DNA of 64,000 nt, taken from Amphiscolops sp. MND2022 (lineage: Eukaryota). Under the pieces are notes generated by a model that was given only the letters and a program-made list of their open reading frames with translations, was not told the origin of the DNA and did no database searches. Below are positions 1 to 11,387 of the stretch, in pieces. The position numbers were made by a program, and so were the translations under genes. Every line of letters starts with the position of its first letter. The stretch's first letter is position 1. The stretch is taken from contig OZ076419.1 in NCBI GenBank assembly GCA_964187785.1, forward strand, positions 22,816,001 to 22,880,000, written 5' to 3'.

Positions 1-240
1 GCGCGAAAACTTAGTTTATTCTAACTAATAGTGCCGTGGATAATCATTTCATCACCACACATTGATTAAGAAAACAGAAAGAACATCTTCAGTGAACTGC
101 AAAATCTTATGAATTTGGTTGGCTTTTTTGACTTTTTTCAGACCTATGCAAACTAATAGATGGGAAATTGAATATCTATCGAATAATATTTTTAATTATT
201 TCGTTATTATTTTATCGTTTCTGATGGGTTTCTGTTTCAG

Positions 241-321
241 GTGGATTCTGAGACCTCTGGTTTTCCCTGTGCCTCCCCCGGAGGTATCTCCTACCCTGGA
301 TACTACCACCTGCTAGTCTGA
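241..321 (+). CDS. Candidate terminal coding exon of an unidentified gene (VDSETSGFPCASPGGISYPGYYHLLV*)
   Basis: Pyrimidine tract and acceptor tttctgtttcag at 229-240, GC-richer than its flanks, ends in TGA 319-321. A second frame (WILRPLV...TTTC*) is also open; no upstream exon found. Confidence 0.3.
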   Translation: MDSETSGFPCASPGGISYPGYYHLLV

Positions 322-325
322 GTCA

Positions 326-365
326 AATTAATTAATTAATTCAATTAATTAATTAATTTAATTAA
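326..365. repeat. (AATT)n low-complexity microsatellite
   Basis: aattaattaattaattcaattaattaattaatttaattaa. Confidence 0.7.
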
Positions 366-904
366 CTCAAATGCCAACCCTACCTTTTGGATCACAGCCT
401 CGCAGAACTTCGGCTCAAAAACTTTCGAAATATCATTTGAATCAAATTCTACAAATTTTCGCGCTTTTCTATTCATTAGTTTCTTTTCGTCTGTTTGTTT
501 TATTATGTTTCTTTATTTCCTTTTTAATATGTTATTTGACAAAGTCGGGACTGTATTTAGTAGCAGTTCTCATCAATTACTTGCCATACGAATGAAAAAT
601 TTTGGTTACCACATCTTTTTTCCATCGAACTTTTCCAAAACTGAGAAAACCTTATAGTAGGGAGCATAGGCTAGCATATTGGATTAATAATTTTGTAACA
701 TCATGATATCCAAAATTTGCAATTTCCAGTAAATAGAACAACTTGAAAAAGGAACTGCTGGAATGTTTTAAAAACTGAAAGTATGCCTGAAAATACCTAT
801 AAACCACTATCGAAAGCAATTCAAGAGGCAGTTTTTCTAAAAAACAATCATAAATACTCCAGAAAAACTGTTTCAATCTCAGTCGTTCGTGAATTCTTGA
901 TAAA

Positions 905-1638
905 TTTAGTCGGCGCTATATCAAAGGTAGAGTACCAATTTCAGTGATTTTTCGTCGGTTCTATTTCAATGCGCTCAAAGTGAACCAAAACTTCTACAAA
1001 ATTTCTACTTTTCGTCTGACAACTAGAGGCGTGCAATAACGCCCATTCGATTTTTCTATTTTTAAGAGCTGGCTTTTTTAAGACAGACTTTATAAACTGT
1101 AACGTATACCGGATATAACGTTCCTTGGAAAATTTTCAAAGCTGTAAAAAGTACTAAGGAGTCCCCTTCGACAATAACAAAACCCATACCGGACTTAGCG
1201 CAAACCGGATATAACGAATTCCTGATATAACGTATACCGTTAAAAAAACGTTTTTTGGAGAACACACCGTAAAAATCGTTTTTTGGAAAAATTTTCAATG
1301 TGACAAAAGGCCCCTTTGCATTTTTTGGCGCAAACCCGATTTAACGCAAACCGGATAAAACGAATTCCGGATATAACGTTTCTCGTTTATGCTTTCGAAA
1401 GTAGAGGGGAGACCAAACGGTTTTTTCCTTTGGGTTTTCTCCCGACTTCTATGAGCAACTTCTTCAAAAAGCGACATCTTTCCGAAAATAACGTTTTAAA
1501 AGTTCGGATAAAACGTTTTCAAAGTTTGGGTGTAACATTTTCAAAGTTCGGGTATAACGTTTGCCTGACACTTTGAAGTCTTTCTGCTATTTTTGAGCCT
1601 TAGATGTGGCGCCGACTCGGGCCGTTCCCCGGCTTGTT
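905..1638 (+). mobile_element. Non-autonomous interspersed repeat, DINE-1/HINE-like (copy A), with internal CCGGATATAACG subrepeats
   Basis: 5' tttagtcggcgct (905-917) is inverted relative to 3' ggcgccgact (1608-1617), followed by hairpin gccg-ttccc-cggc and ttgtt. About 8 degenerate ccggatataacg units lie between 1105 and 1560. The same 3' end recurs at about 49220-49276. Confidence 0.6.
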
Positions 1639-2194
1639 TAAGTTACCAATGTTTATGCGAACAAAATTAAAAACTTTACAAGGGACTTTTTTGAGCCCGG
1701 AAAGTCGGAGAATGTTTTTATCACAATGATTTTCGACAACTTTCAGCTTAACCTTACACACTAGGTTACCAAAAAGATAAAGACCTTGATTTCAAATCTC
1801 AAATGGCAGGAAGTTTTTACGAAATCAATAGTCACAAAAGTCCTGGGAGCAAAACCTCAAATCTCAATCAGAATTACTGGGGTAATTTTTGTTTTGAACT
1901 CACATAAAAATTACAAATGTTAGTAGCTAACAAATGTCTTCAATAACTATTGACTTGAAATTTATAATGCAATATTTCGAGAACTTAACTAAACGTGTTC
2001 GGTACAAACTTTGTACCTTTGATTCAGATCCTTAACTTTGGAATTTAACACTTTTTCTGAAAACGCCCTATTTGAAAGCTTACACTGCAAAACGATCCAA
2101 AAATGCAAAATCGTTAATTTTTACTCCTCAAAAATTATGAAATTACATATGTTTCAATTTTGAGTGTTTTCAGAAAACTTGTTGAATATCAAAG

Positions 2195-5100
2195 ATGAAG
2201 AACGGCGTCACGGCTACAGACGATAACGAAGAGCAATTAGTACTTCAAATCGATGGGAATGGCAGCAAACCCTTTTTTATGGAAGGAACCATGTGCGGAA
2301 ACTATTTTAAAGCCATTATTGATACTGGTTCCCCAGTGTCTATTTTTACCAAACGAGATTTGCAAAAGATCATCGGTGAAAGGAAAGTCGTTATCAGAGA
2401 CATGATAGACCAAGAGCGTTACGTTGATTATAACAAAAGACCGTTGGAATTGCTGGGATACCAATTCGTACGCCTAGAGGTCGCCGGCGTAACCGTATCT
2501 AAAGCAAGAGTATTGGTGGCACCAAACAGCGGAAAGTCGATAATCGGACGTGATTGGCTAATTGCTCTACGTTACAAAATAACTCAGCCAATAGAAAGAG
2601 GTGAGTGTAATGTAAATATTAAATTCACTGAGTGCGCTGAAGCGGTAAATGAGATTAGTCCCGAAGAAAAGATAAGCCCCGAGGTTCAACAAATAATGCG
2701 GGAATTTCCAGAAATATTTAAACGGAAAGGTCGGGTTAAGGACTACGAAATAAAAATCGATTTGAAAGAAAAAGCAAAAATTACACAACAAAAAGGCCGT
2801 AGAATCCCTATTCAACTGCAAGAACAAGTGGACAAAGAGATTGAAAAATTGTTAAAAGACGGCCACATTGAAAGAATTGAAAAAATTCAAGATGATGTAT
2901 TTATCCAACCTACTGCAATTACTGTAAAAAAGGACAAGTCAGTGGAAATAGCGCTGGATGCCCGAGCGTTAAACCAATCAATAGCAAAAGATAAATATCA
3001 AATGCCAAACTTAGATAATTTAATTGATATGATTGCGGAGGAATTAGAGAAAAATGAAGGGGAGGCGTGGTATTCGTCGGTAGATAAGACCTATGCGTAC
3101 GGACAAGTCCCTTTACACGAACTACCAAAGAAACATTGCAATTTTCAAATAGTTGGAGGGAAATCTACAGGAACATATCGATTTACGACAGGATACTACG
3201 GCCTGACAGTGATGCCAACTGTTTCAAAAACTAATGGACCTAACTTTAGCAAATATAAATAGTGTATTTGAGTACATAGATGACATTTTAATTGTAACCA
3301 AGGGAACTAAACAAGAGCATGTAAATAAAGTGAAAGAAGTAATGAGAGTGCATGATGATGCGAACTTGCAGCTGAAGGCGGGAAAGTGTATAATTGCTCA
3401 GGAGTGCAAAGAATGGTTAGGCTATAAATTGTCGAGAACAGGCATCTCCCCAATCAATACAAAATCCCAGGGCATTAGCTAAAGACTGAGACCGACCAAT
3501 TTAAAACAATTACGTTCATTTTTGGGGGCAGTCAACCAATTCAATAAATTCATACCTAGATTAGCAGCAATTACTTTTCGTTTCAGATCTATTTTAAAAA
3601 GGATGCAGAGTGGGAATGGAATGAAGAACACGAAAATGCATTTATCAAAGTCAATGAAGAAATTATTAACGTTGTAGAATTAACGCATTTTAATAGAAAC
3701 AAAGAGATTAGAATAATTTGTGATGCAAGTAAACAGGGACTTGTTGCAGTACTTCAGCAAAAACAAAATGAGAATGAATGGAAACCAATTTGTTTCGCTT
3801 CGAGATTCTTAACCGACTTCGAAATGAAGTATTCTATCAACGAATTAGAGCTTTTAGCAATAGTCTGGGCAATTGAACATTTTAAGAATTATGTATACGG
3901 TGTACAGTTTAAAGTAATTTCTGACCATAAAGCATTAATGTCCGTGCTAAAACCCAATAGGGGAAATAGGACATTTTCAAGTAGATTGACAAGATGGGTA
4001 GATAGATTACCGCCATTTGAATTCGAAGTAGTACATGTAGCTGTAAGAACGTTGGGAATGGCAGATTATCTATCCAGACACCCAACAGAGTTGCAGGGCG
4101 CGTCGTTAAAAGCCGAATCACTATGGAATGAATGGTTCACTGTAAATTCTGTAATTAGTTTGAAAGATGTTTTAGAAGACGGAGAAGTGTCAAGCGAAGC
4201 AAGTCAAGCGAGCAAAGCCAAGCAAATCAAGCGTGAAGTGAAAGAGAGAAATTCCGTCAATCGTGTAAGCGAAGCAAAGTCACGCGGACCAATCAAATCG
4301 CAGGAAGTACGCAATCCGCAGGATTTGAGTAAGCCTCAGTTTGGTGACAATTACTGTAAAGTAAACATGAGTGAAAATTCCGCGCTTCAATTGTTGAACG
4401 AAAAGCTCTTACCTGCGAACTACCACGCATATAAAACTATACAAAAAGTTATTTCCATTGTAAAAAATTATAACCGCACGGCAGTTAGCCGCCTTCCATC
4501 GCCTTGGCGAGAGAAATTTCAGTCGTTTCCGGTAGACGAGCATGATTTTTTTATACCTGGATAACAGACTTGTTATACCAAATTCGATGAGAGCCATGAT
4601 TATGTGCTCACTACATTATGGTCACCCTGGGCGTGACGCTATCTTAGCAATGATCGGCGATATTTGGTGGCCCCGGATTCACCGGGAAGTCATAGATCAA
4701 GCAAGACTTTGCGAACAATGTCTACAATCAGGTAAGAACCTAAAATGTATTCAAAGCCAAAAAGTTTTTGGAAAAATTCCGGAAGTAAAAGAACAAAACG
4801 AGGAGATTGCACTAGATTTTGCAGGACCGTTCCAAAATGCAAAAGAGGGATAAAAGTATCTATTGGAGTCGATGGACCATTTTTCGGGATGGCCGGACGC
4901 AAAATTTCTAAGGTGTCCCACTACGAAAACAGTTATAGAATTTCTGAAGCAATACATAGCGTCTTATGGGGTGCCTAAGAAAATAAGAACGGATCCCGGT
5001 ACAGTGTTCACGAGTGAACAATTCGCCCGATTTTGTACGCAATTTGGAATAGAGCATATAACCTGCCCGGTGCGTGATCATAGGGGAAATGGCAAAATTG

Positions 5101-5330
5101 AGAGATTGATAAGAACGATCAATGAACGCTTACGCACGAACAAACAAATGATTGTGACTAAGGACCAGTCTGGCCTGTCGGAAATTCTTTATGCACTGCG
5201 AGTAAATAAAAAGAAGGACGGTATTTCACCATTTGAGAAGCAAATGGGTAGGCAGCCGAACACCGTAAAATCGAACCTAGTGTCAAAACTGCTGGCTATT
5301 TCAGAACAAGACCCCCAACCTCGAATTTGA
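2195..5330 (+). pseudogene. pol: Gypsy pol pseudogene (PR, RT, RNase H, integrase) broken by frameshifts and stops
   Basis: IIDTGSP protease; DARALN, KDKYQMPNLDNL and YIDD RT motifs; ELELLAIVWA RNase H; HYGHPG...CEQC zinc finger; DFAGPF, TDPGTVF, GNGKIERLIRTI integrase core, spread over ORFs 2195-3262, 3234-3482, 3824-4564, 4542-4853 and 4863-5330. Confidence 0.93.
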
Positions 5331-6106
5331 ACAGTCCGACTTCCAAGACGACTTGGACACCACGGTGCTTGTCAGAGAAAGAGCACGTGGCTCAAAGTTA
5401 CAAGGGACATTTGACAGAAGAGCGGGGCGAAAGAATAAAGTGACGGCTCATACCGTGACTATGCTACCTGAATCCTCAGGAAGACCGAAGACTTATGCAA
5501 AACGGGACATCGACATCGCCTCAAAAAAAACAAAAGGAAGCATTCGGACGAGCAAAATCAGAGAAAAGAAAAAGGGTGTCGTCAACAACAGAATCTGATG
5601 CCAGCGAGATAATCATCCAAAGGAAGAAAATGCAAAAGAAGAAAAAGAAGGCAACCCCGGAGATGATAGTCGACCCATATGCGGAAGACGAGTCGATCCC
5701 GAAAAAAATCAACATAGCGACCAGCAGCACAGAAGCTGAAACAGCGAAGCAGGCGGGGCCTGAACAAAAACATAAAGAAGAAGCAGAGGAAGGGATGATG
5801 CAAAATCCCCAAGAAAGCGCAATCCCATTAGTTGCAACAACCAAGTGGGAAACCGCAAATAAAGGGCCAATTCCCCCAACACGGGTCATAGAGAGAGTGC
5901 GGGTGCCGACAAAACGGTATGGAATAGACCTGGTGCAAAAGACATACAAGAAGAAAACTGAGCTGAAACTGTTGAAACTTTTAAACTGTACCCAGCATTG
6001 TATCAGTGTTGTAATTTTAGTTACCAAGTTGTTGAGTTACCTTTGTTGAATACAATTACTTACATAATGTAAAATTGAGGATATTGAATCTGCCCAAAAC
6101 GGGGAG

Positions 6107-6335
6107 TGTGATAGACGTGTAAAGTGTGAAAACACTTAGGTTGTAAATATGTACAAGTACCTGCTAACTGTCTGGCTTGAGAGTTCTCACGCCTTTGCCA
6201 TTTGCCTGAGAGCCTTCGTGCAAAAGAGATTAACCTTCAAAATACGTCAATTCAGAAATACTCAATTCAATATCATTCCTCAATATCTTTTGCAATTCAA
6301 GTTCTAGCTTCTTCATACAAAGCTCCACGTCAACA
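6107..6335 (+). repeat. 3' LTR of Gypsy copy 1 (right end approximate)
   Basis: Starts TG right after the PPT. The end is placed at ...cgtcaaCA by analogy to the gcgttaaca/gcgttgaca LTR ends of the related copy at 32431-37656; there is no partner LTR to confirm it. Confidence 0.55.
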
Positions 6336-7375
6336 ATCCAAGCAATTTTTTTGTCATTAATAAATCCTGAGATTCTCCTTAATACAGAAAAAAGTTTTCA
6401 AAATTCTCAGAAATACAATGTGACATAATTTTTGAAAATTTGATTCGATTTTCGAAATTTGATTTCAATTTGTATTATTGATCAAAATTTGAGTGACTTT
6501 CGCTCCTGAGCCTGTCAATAGAATAAATTAAAAGATAAGATTTAAGATTTGGTTTTGTTTGAACCCTAGTGTGGCGTCAACTTGAGCAGTTCCCGGTTCG
6601 CTGCACTCCTATTTTTGTTGGTTGACAAACAATTCTATTTACATTTTTGAACTGTTGATAGAAAGTTTCCAAAAAATTGACTGTATCTGGATTGTATCTG
6701 GATTCTAAACTGTCATCCTGAAAACAAATTCAAGGTTGAAGGTTTCTGGGTAGGGTTCGAGTCTTTTCGCTCTAAAATTTTAACAAGTTTTTCAATTAAG
6801 GAGTTCGTGATGAAGGGGTGGAAACAAATGTCGAAATTGTTTTTAATTTTCAATCAAGAATGTGTTCAAATTGCATGTAAAACCTAATGCAAAAGTAAAA
6901 CAAGGCTCAACTGCGTTTTTAGGAGCTCCACGTTTGCCACGATTTTAGGGTAGCCTGCTGAGCCGCGTCCCAACTTGCCAGAATCTTGATGAAGGAACTC
7001 AAAAGTACATGTGAGATGTAACATACGTCAGTGCTACTAGAAAATACACACTTTTTCGAATATATAATAGGTGCAGCCAGAGAGTAATCTTATTGTCGCA
7101 ACCTGTGATGTTCATCTGTCATACGTAGGAAGACGGAAGCAGTAGGCCACCTACAGAGTAGTTCGCCAATTATTGGACCAATAACGGTCCATATGACGTC
7201 AACTTGAATCACTGATGTCGAATTTTCATGCTGTAAACTTTAAATACGTGTACATATTTATATTTGCATTTGTCTGTATTCGTTTTATTGATGCTGTAAA
7301 AATCGTTCAATTGAAATATTTTAAACTCATTTTCCATGTTACTTTCACGATTCTGCCATTTTCTTCCGAGTTACT

Positions 7376-7510
7376 TCCAAGATCAGGCATTTTTCAAAAA
7401 TCATCCAAGATTCAGACTTGTCATGCAAGATCTTACAAGTTCAGACATTTTGTTCCAAGATCTTCCAAGATACCTGCAATAATAATGCATTGGCTTCCAA
7501 GATCTTGGAA
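7376..7510. repeat. Degenerate array of palindromic CAAGATCTTG units (also 9925-10022 and 11012-11170)
   Basis: Repeated ccaagatcttgg/caagatcttg cores in three clusters. Confidence 0.65.
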
Positions 7511-7827
7511 AAGAAGTCTGGCAGATTCTTGCAGAAAATATATGGAAGTTCTACTGGGGAAGACATATTTTACGAGTGCCAAGAAAGAGTGTATGAGCGT
7601 ATATAACTCCTAAGAGCAGTTTGTCCAAATAAACAAAACATATCCCGGAACATTGATTGAATTGATAAACTAAGGGAAGCAGAAAGAAAGTTGTCTTGAC
7701 AAATTGAAAGGTTTTCACCTAATCATATGCAAACTTCAAAAAAATTATATATTATATTTAATATTTAATAATACATTTTTCCCAGAAAAGATATTCAGTG
7801 ATTAATCGAAAATGAATGTTTTTCCAG

Positions 7828-7936
7828 TGGAAATACCACTGTGAAAGATAAGAACTACGTTAATGAGCAAGCTTACCAAAACCTGGGCTTCAATTGTGCA
7901 CCTGGATGGCTTGTTACGATGATGGCTTACATTGAG
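7828..7936 (+). CDS. Candidate internal exon of an unidentified plus-strand gene (GNTTVKDKNYVNEQAYQNLGFNCAPGWLVTMMAYIE)
   Basis: Acceptor gtttttccag; only one of three frames is open; weak donor GAG|gttaac; phase-compatible with 8551-8682. Confidence 0.35.
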
Positions 7937-8424
7937 GTTAACTAATAGACAGATAATGTCAAATATCTTTTTACCATTGCGCCTCTTAGTAAGTTTCCAG
8001 TTTTACATGGACAATCATAATTTCACAGCAACAATTTTTTCCCATAAACAACAGACTTTTTCCGAACGTCTTCTTCCTTTCAATATTCATATTTTGCTAT
8101 TTTTCCTGAAGGTTTCTCGTAGCCTTGATCATTGTTAGAGCAATTTTAGAGCTTCATTAGGAAACCCTCGGTAAACAGAAACTTTTTATTGTAGTTCCGT
8201 TCAACAGTAAGAACTAATACTAGAAATAAAAAAATGTAATGAAGATGTTCTCAACAGGTTAATTTATTCAAATTTATCATTCTTATAATTGTACTGTTTC
8301 TGGCTTGTTTTGGTATATTTTTCTGTTCGCATTTTTGACACATCTCATATAACTTGGTCTGAAGTGAAGAGGGTTCGGACTCAACTGGACTAGCTAATGA
8401 ACGAAAGTTATATGACACCAAACT

Positions 8425-8497
8425 AGATCTGTAGCTTGATTGGGATAGCATTCGATCTGCAGGTTTGGTGGCGCGGGTTCGAGGCCTAGGCTGCCAG
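8425..8497 (+). other. tRNA-derived sequence (degenerate tRNA or SINE head)
   Basis: A-box-like tagcttgattgg (8432-8443) and B-box ggttcgagg (8476-8484) at tRNA-like spacing; stems pair poorly, so not a functional tRNA. Confidence 0.35.
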
Positions 8498-8550
8498 TCC
8501 TAAATTTTTACAATGTTGCTGTTTTTGCTAGTCTAATCTTTTTCCCGCAG

Positions 8551-8682
8551 TGTTCAAGGTCTTCAAGTATGGGGACCGATCTTGGTTTTGCAGGGGCGTA
8601 CTACCTTGATGACAATTCCAATGAGAAACATGGAAAACCAGGGATGAGAAGCAAAAAGAAAAACTATCATGCTAGAATTTAA
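8551..8682 (+). CDS. Candidate terminal exon of the same plus-strand gene (CSRSSSMGTDLGFAGAYYLDDNSNEKHGKPGMRSKKKNYHARI*)
   Basis: Branch-like ctaat plus strong acceptor ctttttcccgcag; phase-0 frame open to TAA at 8680-8682. Confidence 0.35.
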   Translation, partial: CSRSSSMGTDLGFAGAYYLDDNSNEKHGKPGMRSKKKNYHARI

Positions 8683-8808
8683 TTGTATTGAAAAAAAGTT
8701 CATTGTTAAAATATTTCCTCCATCAATTATTAATCATTGAACTCTCTGTTGTTTTGTATGTATACATGTCCATATCAAACTTGAGACTGTCCGTTTTGTA
8801 CAACTACT

Positions 8809-8993
8809 TTACCAATCGTGGTCTCTAACTGGTTCGTATAGACAGTTTCCGATTGGGATCACAATTATGGGGATCATTACGAAGCATGCGAGCCACAGTA
8901 GTACCAGCGACCATCCAAACTGGACTGATGAGTCATTGTCAAGGACGTCAAAAAGTTCCGTCATCAAAATGGCTGCAGAAATGCCACAGAGAG
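8809..8993 (-). CDS. Claudin/PMP22/EMP-like tetraspan protein, coding exon 3 (TM3, loop 2, TM4)
   Basis: Acceptor ttttttttcag, phase 1; encodes ALCGISAAILMTELFDVLDNDSSVQFGWSLVLLWLACFVMIPIIV...DHDW*. FGWSxxLxW is typical of the segment before TM4 in this superfamily. Confidence 0.88.
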
Positions 8994-9625
8994 CTGAAAA
9001 AAAGAAGTGGTACAACATAAATGAAGAAATAGTAAATGATCATGTGAAAGTTATTCGAACAGATAAAACTGGGTTTTTACCGAGAAGGGAACATTTAGAA
9101 TTGATTGGAATTTCAGGATGCCTAACGTTGGGTGAAAATGTTTCAAAATTCTTGCTTTTCATAGCTGACTTTTTATTTAATTATTGATAGTTGAAGCTTT
9201 AGGCTGAAAGACCCCTAATCGAAACATGAGGCATTTTCTGCAATAATCTTGAATGCTACCAAATTTTCACACTCAGACAAATTTTGCGAGACCAGACAAA
9301 CAAAAGCTGCCAAGATCTGGAAAGATCAGACAAAAACTCTAAAGTATCAGATAAAAAAGATACTGTCAGATCATTGCATTTGTGTCTGAAATTTCAATTG
9401 TTTAAGTAATGGATAAAAGCGGACAGAAACTGATCTCACAAAGTGCCTAGCCTGAAGTCTTGAACATCTGGAAAGGCTGGTGTGGTAAAATATAAATTTT
9501 TTTCGAAAAATGACTCAGTTAATATTCATTTTGTTGACATTTAAGAATTCTTGATAAAACCCTCTGCGCAAAATTTTTCGAAATCATATGAAATTGTAAA
9601 AAAAAAGAAATCGACATAGACTGAC

Positions 9626-9793
9626 CTTGTGAAACAGTGACGACTAAATGGGGCCAGCGTTCTTGCAGGATTCCAGTGAAAGAATAGGATGCGAGGATGA
9701 GCTCTAATAGGTTTAATACGTTAGTGAGAATGAGAAAGAATCGAGCACAGATTAAAATATCCCAGTCTCTATCACTGTCCATGTTTTTGTGCT
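9626..9793 (-). CDS. Claudin/PMP22/EMP-like protein, coding exon 2 (TM2)
   Basis: Acceptor ttctctttgttttag, donor AAG|gtcagt; 168 nt, phase 1-1; encodes (K)HKNMDSDRDWDILICARFFLILTNVLNLLELILASYSFTGILQERWPHLVVTVSQ; joins exons 1 and 3 in frame. Confidence 0.85.
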
Positions 9794-10081
9794 CTAAAAC
9801 AAAGAGAAGTTCGTAGAACAACTTGAAGTCTTTTCGAAGATGAAAGAAAGCTCTCAAAATGGTCACTGAAGTTACTTCAATTTTCAACCCAACTTCGAAA
9901 ATTGTCATGGGGCTTCCCAGCGTTCGACATCTTGAATATCTTGCCAAAATCTCGGGAAAATCTTGAATTCTTTAATATCTTGGAAAGATCTTAGGTTTTA
10001 TCTAGACATCTTGAATATCTTGAGTCCTGTCACGTGTGTTATATAAATCCACATCAGCAGAGAGCCTCCACCTCAGAGTAA

Positions 10082-10628
10082 CCCTAGCCGAGATTGCATA
10101 AACTTTTTACATGCTGCATGGAAACATGCAGGCTAATTTTTTTATAAAACATGGAAAATCCGGGATCATGCATGGAAGCATTTTGTAGGATTACAATGCA
10201 GCCTTCACTATTTGAATTAAAACTGAAAACATTTCTACTTCTTCGCCGCAGCGATCACTTTGTTTTCACGCGTAAGTTTCTCAAGTAAGTACCTTATGTA
10301 ATCACCGTTAGTCAAATAGTACGCTGAATATGACGCCTTTGAAACTTATAATGTGACTGAAGTTTATTTGCATTGAAAGCGCGATGAAATTGATGAAGGT
10401 CTCAGCTGCTTTCAAAATTAGAACGGCGTCTTAATGAAACCTGCAAAACGTCGCGGTGCAGAATTGCCGCCAAATTTAAGATGCATTTTATAGGCAGCTT
10501 GATAAAATTAAATCGAATCAGTGAAGTTTTAATGCATGGACATTTCTTTTAGAATTTTATAAAATCATGGAAAATTAGCTTGGTAACCTAGAAAAACATG
10601 TAAAAAGTTCAAGCAGTTTCAACCAGGG
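10082..10628 (+). mobile_element. MITE, about 547 bp, CCCT...AGGG termini, about 32-bp TIRs, 2-bp TSD (AA)
   Basis: ccctagccgagattgcataaactttttacatg versus catgtaaaaagttcaagcagtttcaaccaggg. An empty-site paralog at 10891-11005 (cagagtaagggcattg) defines the AA duplication. Confidence 0.8.
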
Positions 10629-11387
10629 AAGGACATTGTTCAGTTTCTGGAAGCGTTGCTCGCAGAAGAACTACACTTTCGATAAATGTTTTTTGACGTT
10701 TTCTTGTTCAGTTTCCTAAACCGTCATTTGGTGTAGTTTCAGATTTTTGGTGTCTCTTTTTCTGGATACAAGTATTGTTTTCTCGAAAATTTCTGAGACG
10801 GGACATTTCTGTTTCGTATGTTTTGCTTTCTTTTATTTGGTTCTGACTTGCTGATCTGATCTTTTTGGGAATCCATGGAGGCCACGTTCTCGAGTCCTGT
10901 TACGTGTGTTTCATAACTACAAATCAGCAGAGAGCCTCCACCTCAGAGTAAGGGCATTGTTAAGTTTCTGGAAGCGTTGCTTGCAGAAGAACTACATGTT
11001 CGACAAATATATTCTTGGAATCTATCTTGGATTTCTTGGTAAGATCTTGGATTTCTTATTGGATATCTTGACAAGATCTTGGATTTCATTTTGGACATCT
11101 TGACAAGATCTTGGATTCTATCTTGGATTTCTTCGAAGATCTTCCCAGATCTCGGCAAGATCTTGACAATATATTCATAATGTCCAAGGCAGGATTTTAT
11201 TCATGCTTACTTAAACTGCCAGAAGGCAAATCAGTTTCGTCTGTAAATTACATATTTTTCAGACTTTGCCTTGGAACATTGCAACAATTTCTAATAAATT
11301 TGAAATATCAATTGAAATATGCGATATCGACAGTGATCTCCAACTACAGTATGTGGAGTGAAACCTAATTCCGCTGTCAAATTTATC

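Larger units (their letters stand above)
2167..6335 (+). mobile_element. 5'-truncated, decayed Ty3/Gypsy (Mag-like) LTR retrotransposon
   Basis: Protease-RT-RNaseH-integrase order, PPT aaaacggggag (6096-6106) then 3' LTR starting tgtgatag at 6107. No gag or 5' LTR upstream of about 2167. Confidence 0.9.

Noticed and set aside
1062-1576. Overlapping 60-86-aa ORFs with repeated RYIRNS motifs
   Set aside because: Translation of CCGGATATAACG subrepeats inside the interspersed element.
5495-6049. 184-aa Lys/Glu-rich ORF after integrase (and its 168-aa antisense ORF) as a possible env or chromodomain
   Set aside because: No signal peptide, TM anchor or chromodomain motif; it matches the low-complexity integrase tails ending in RxxxxxPxRYG seen in the other Gypsy copies.
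9794-9947. 5' half of the 142-aa ORF 9519-9947
   Set aside because: Only 9626-9793 is bounded by splice sites and fits the tetraspan protein; the rest is intron read-through.
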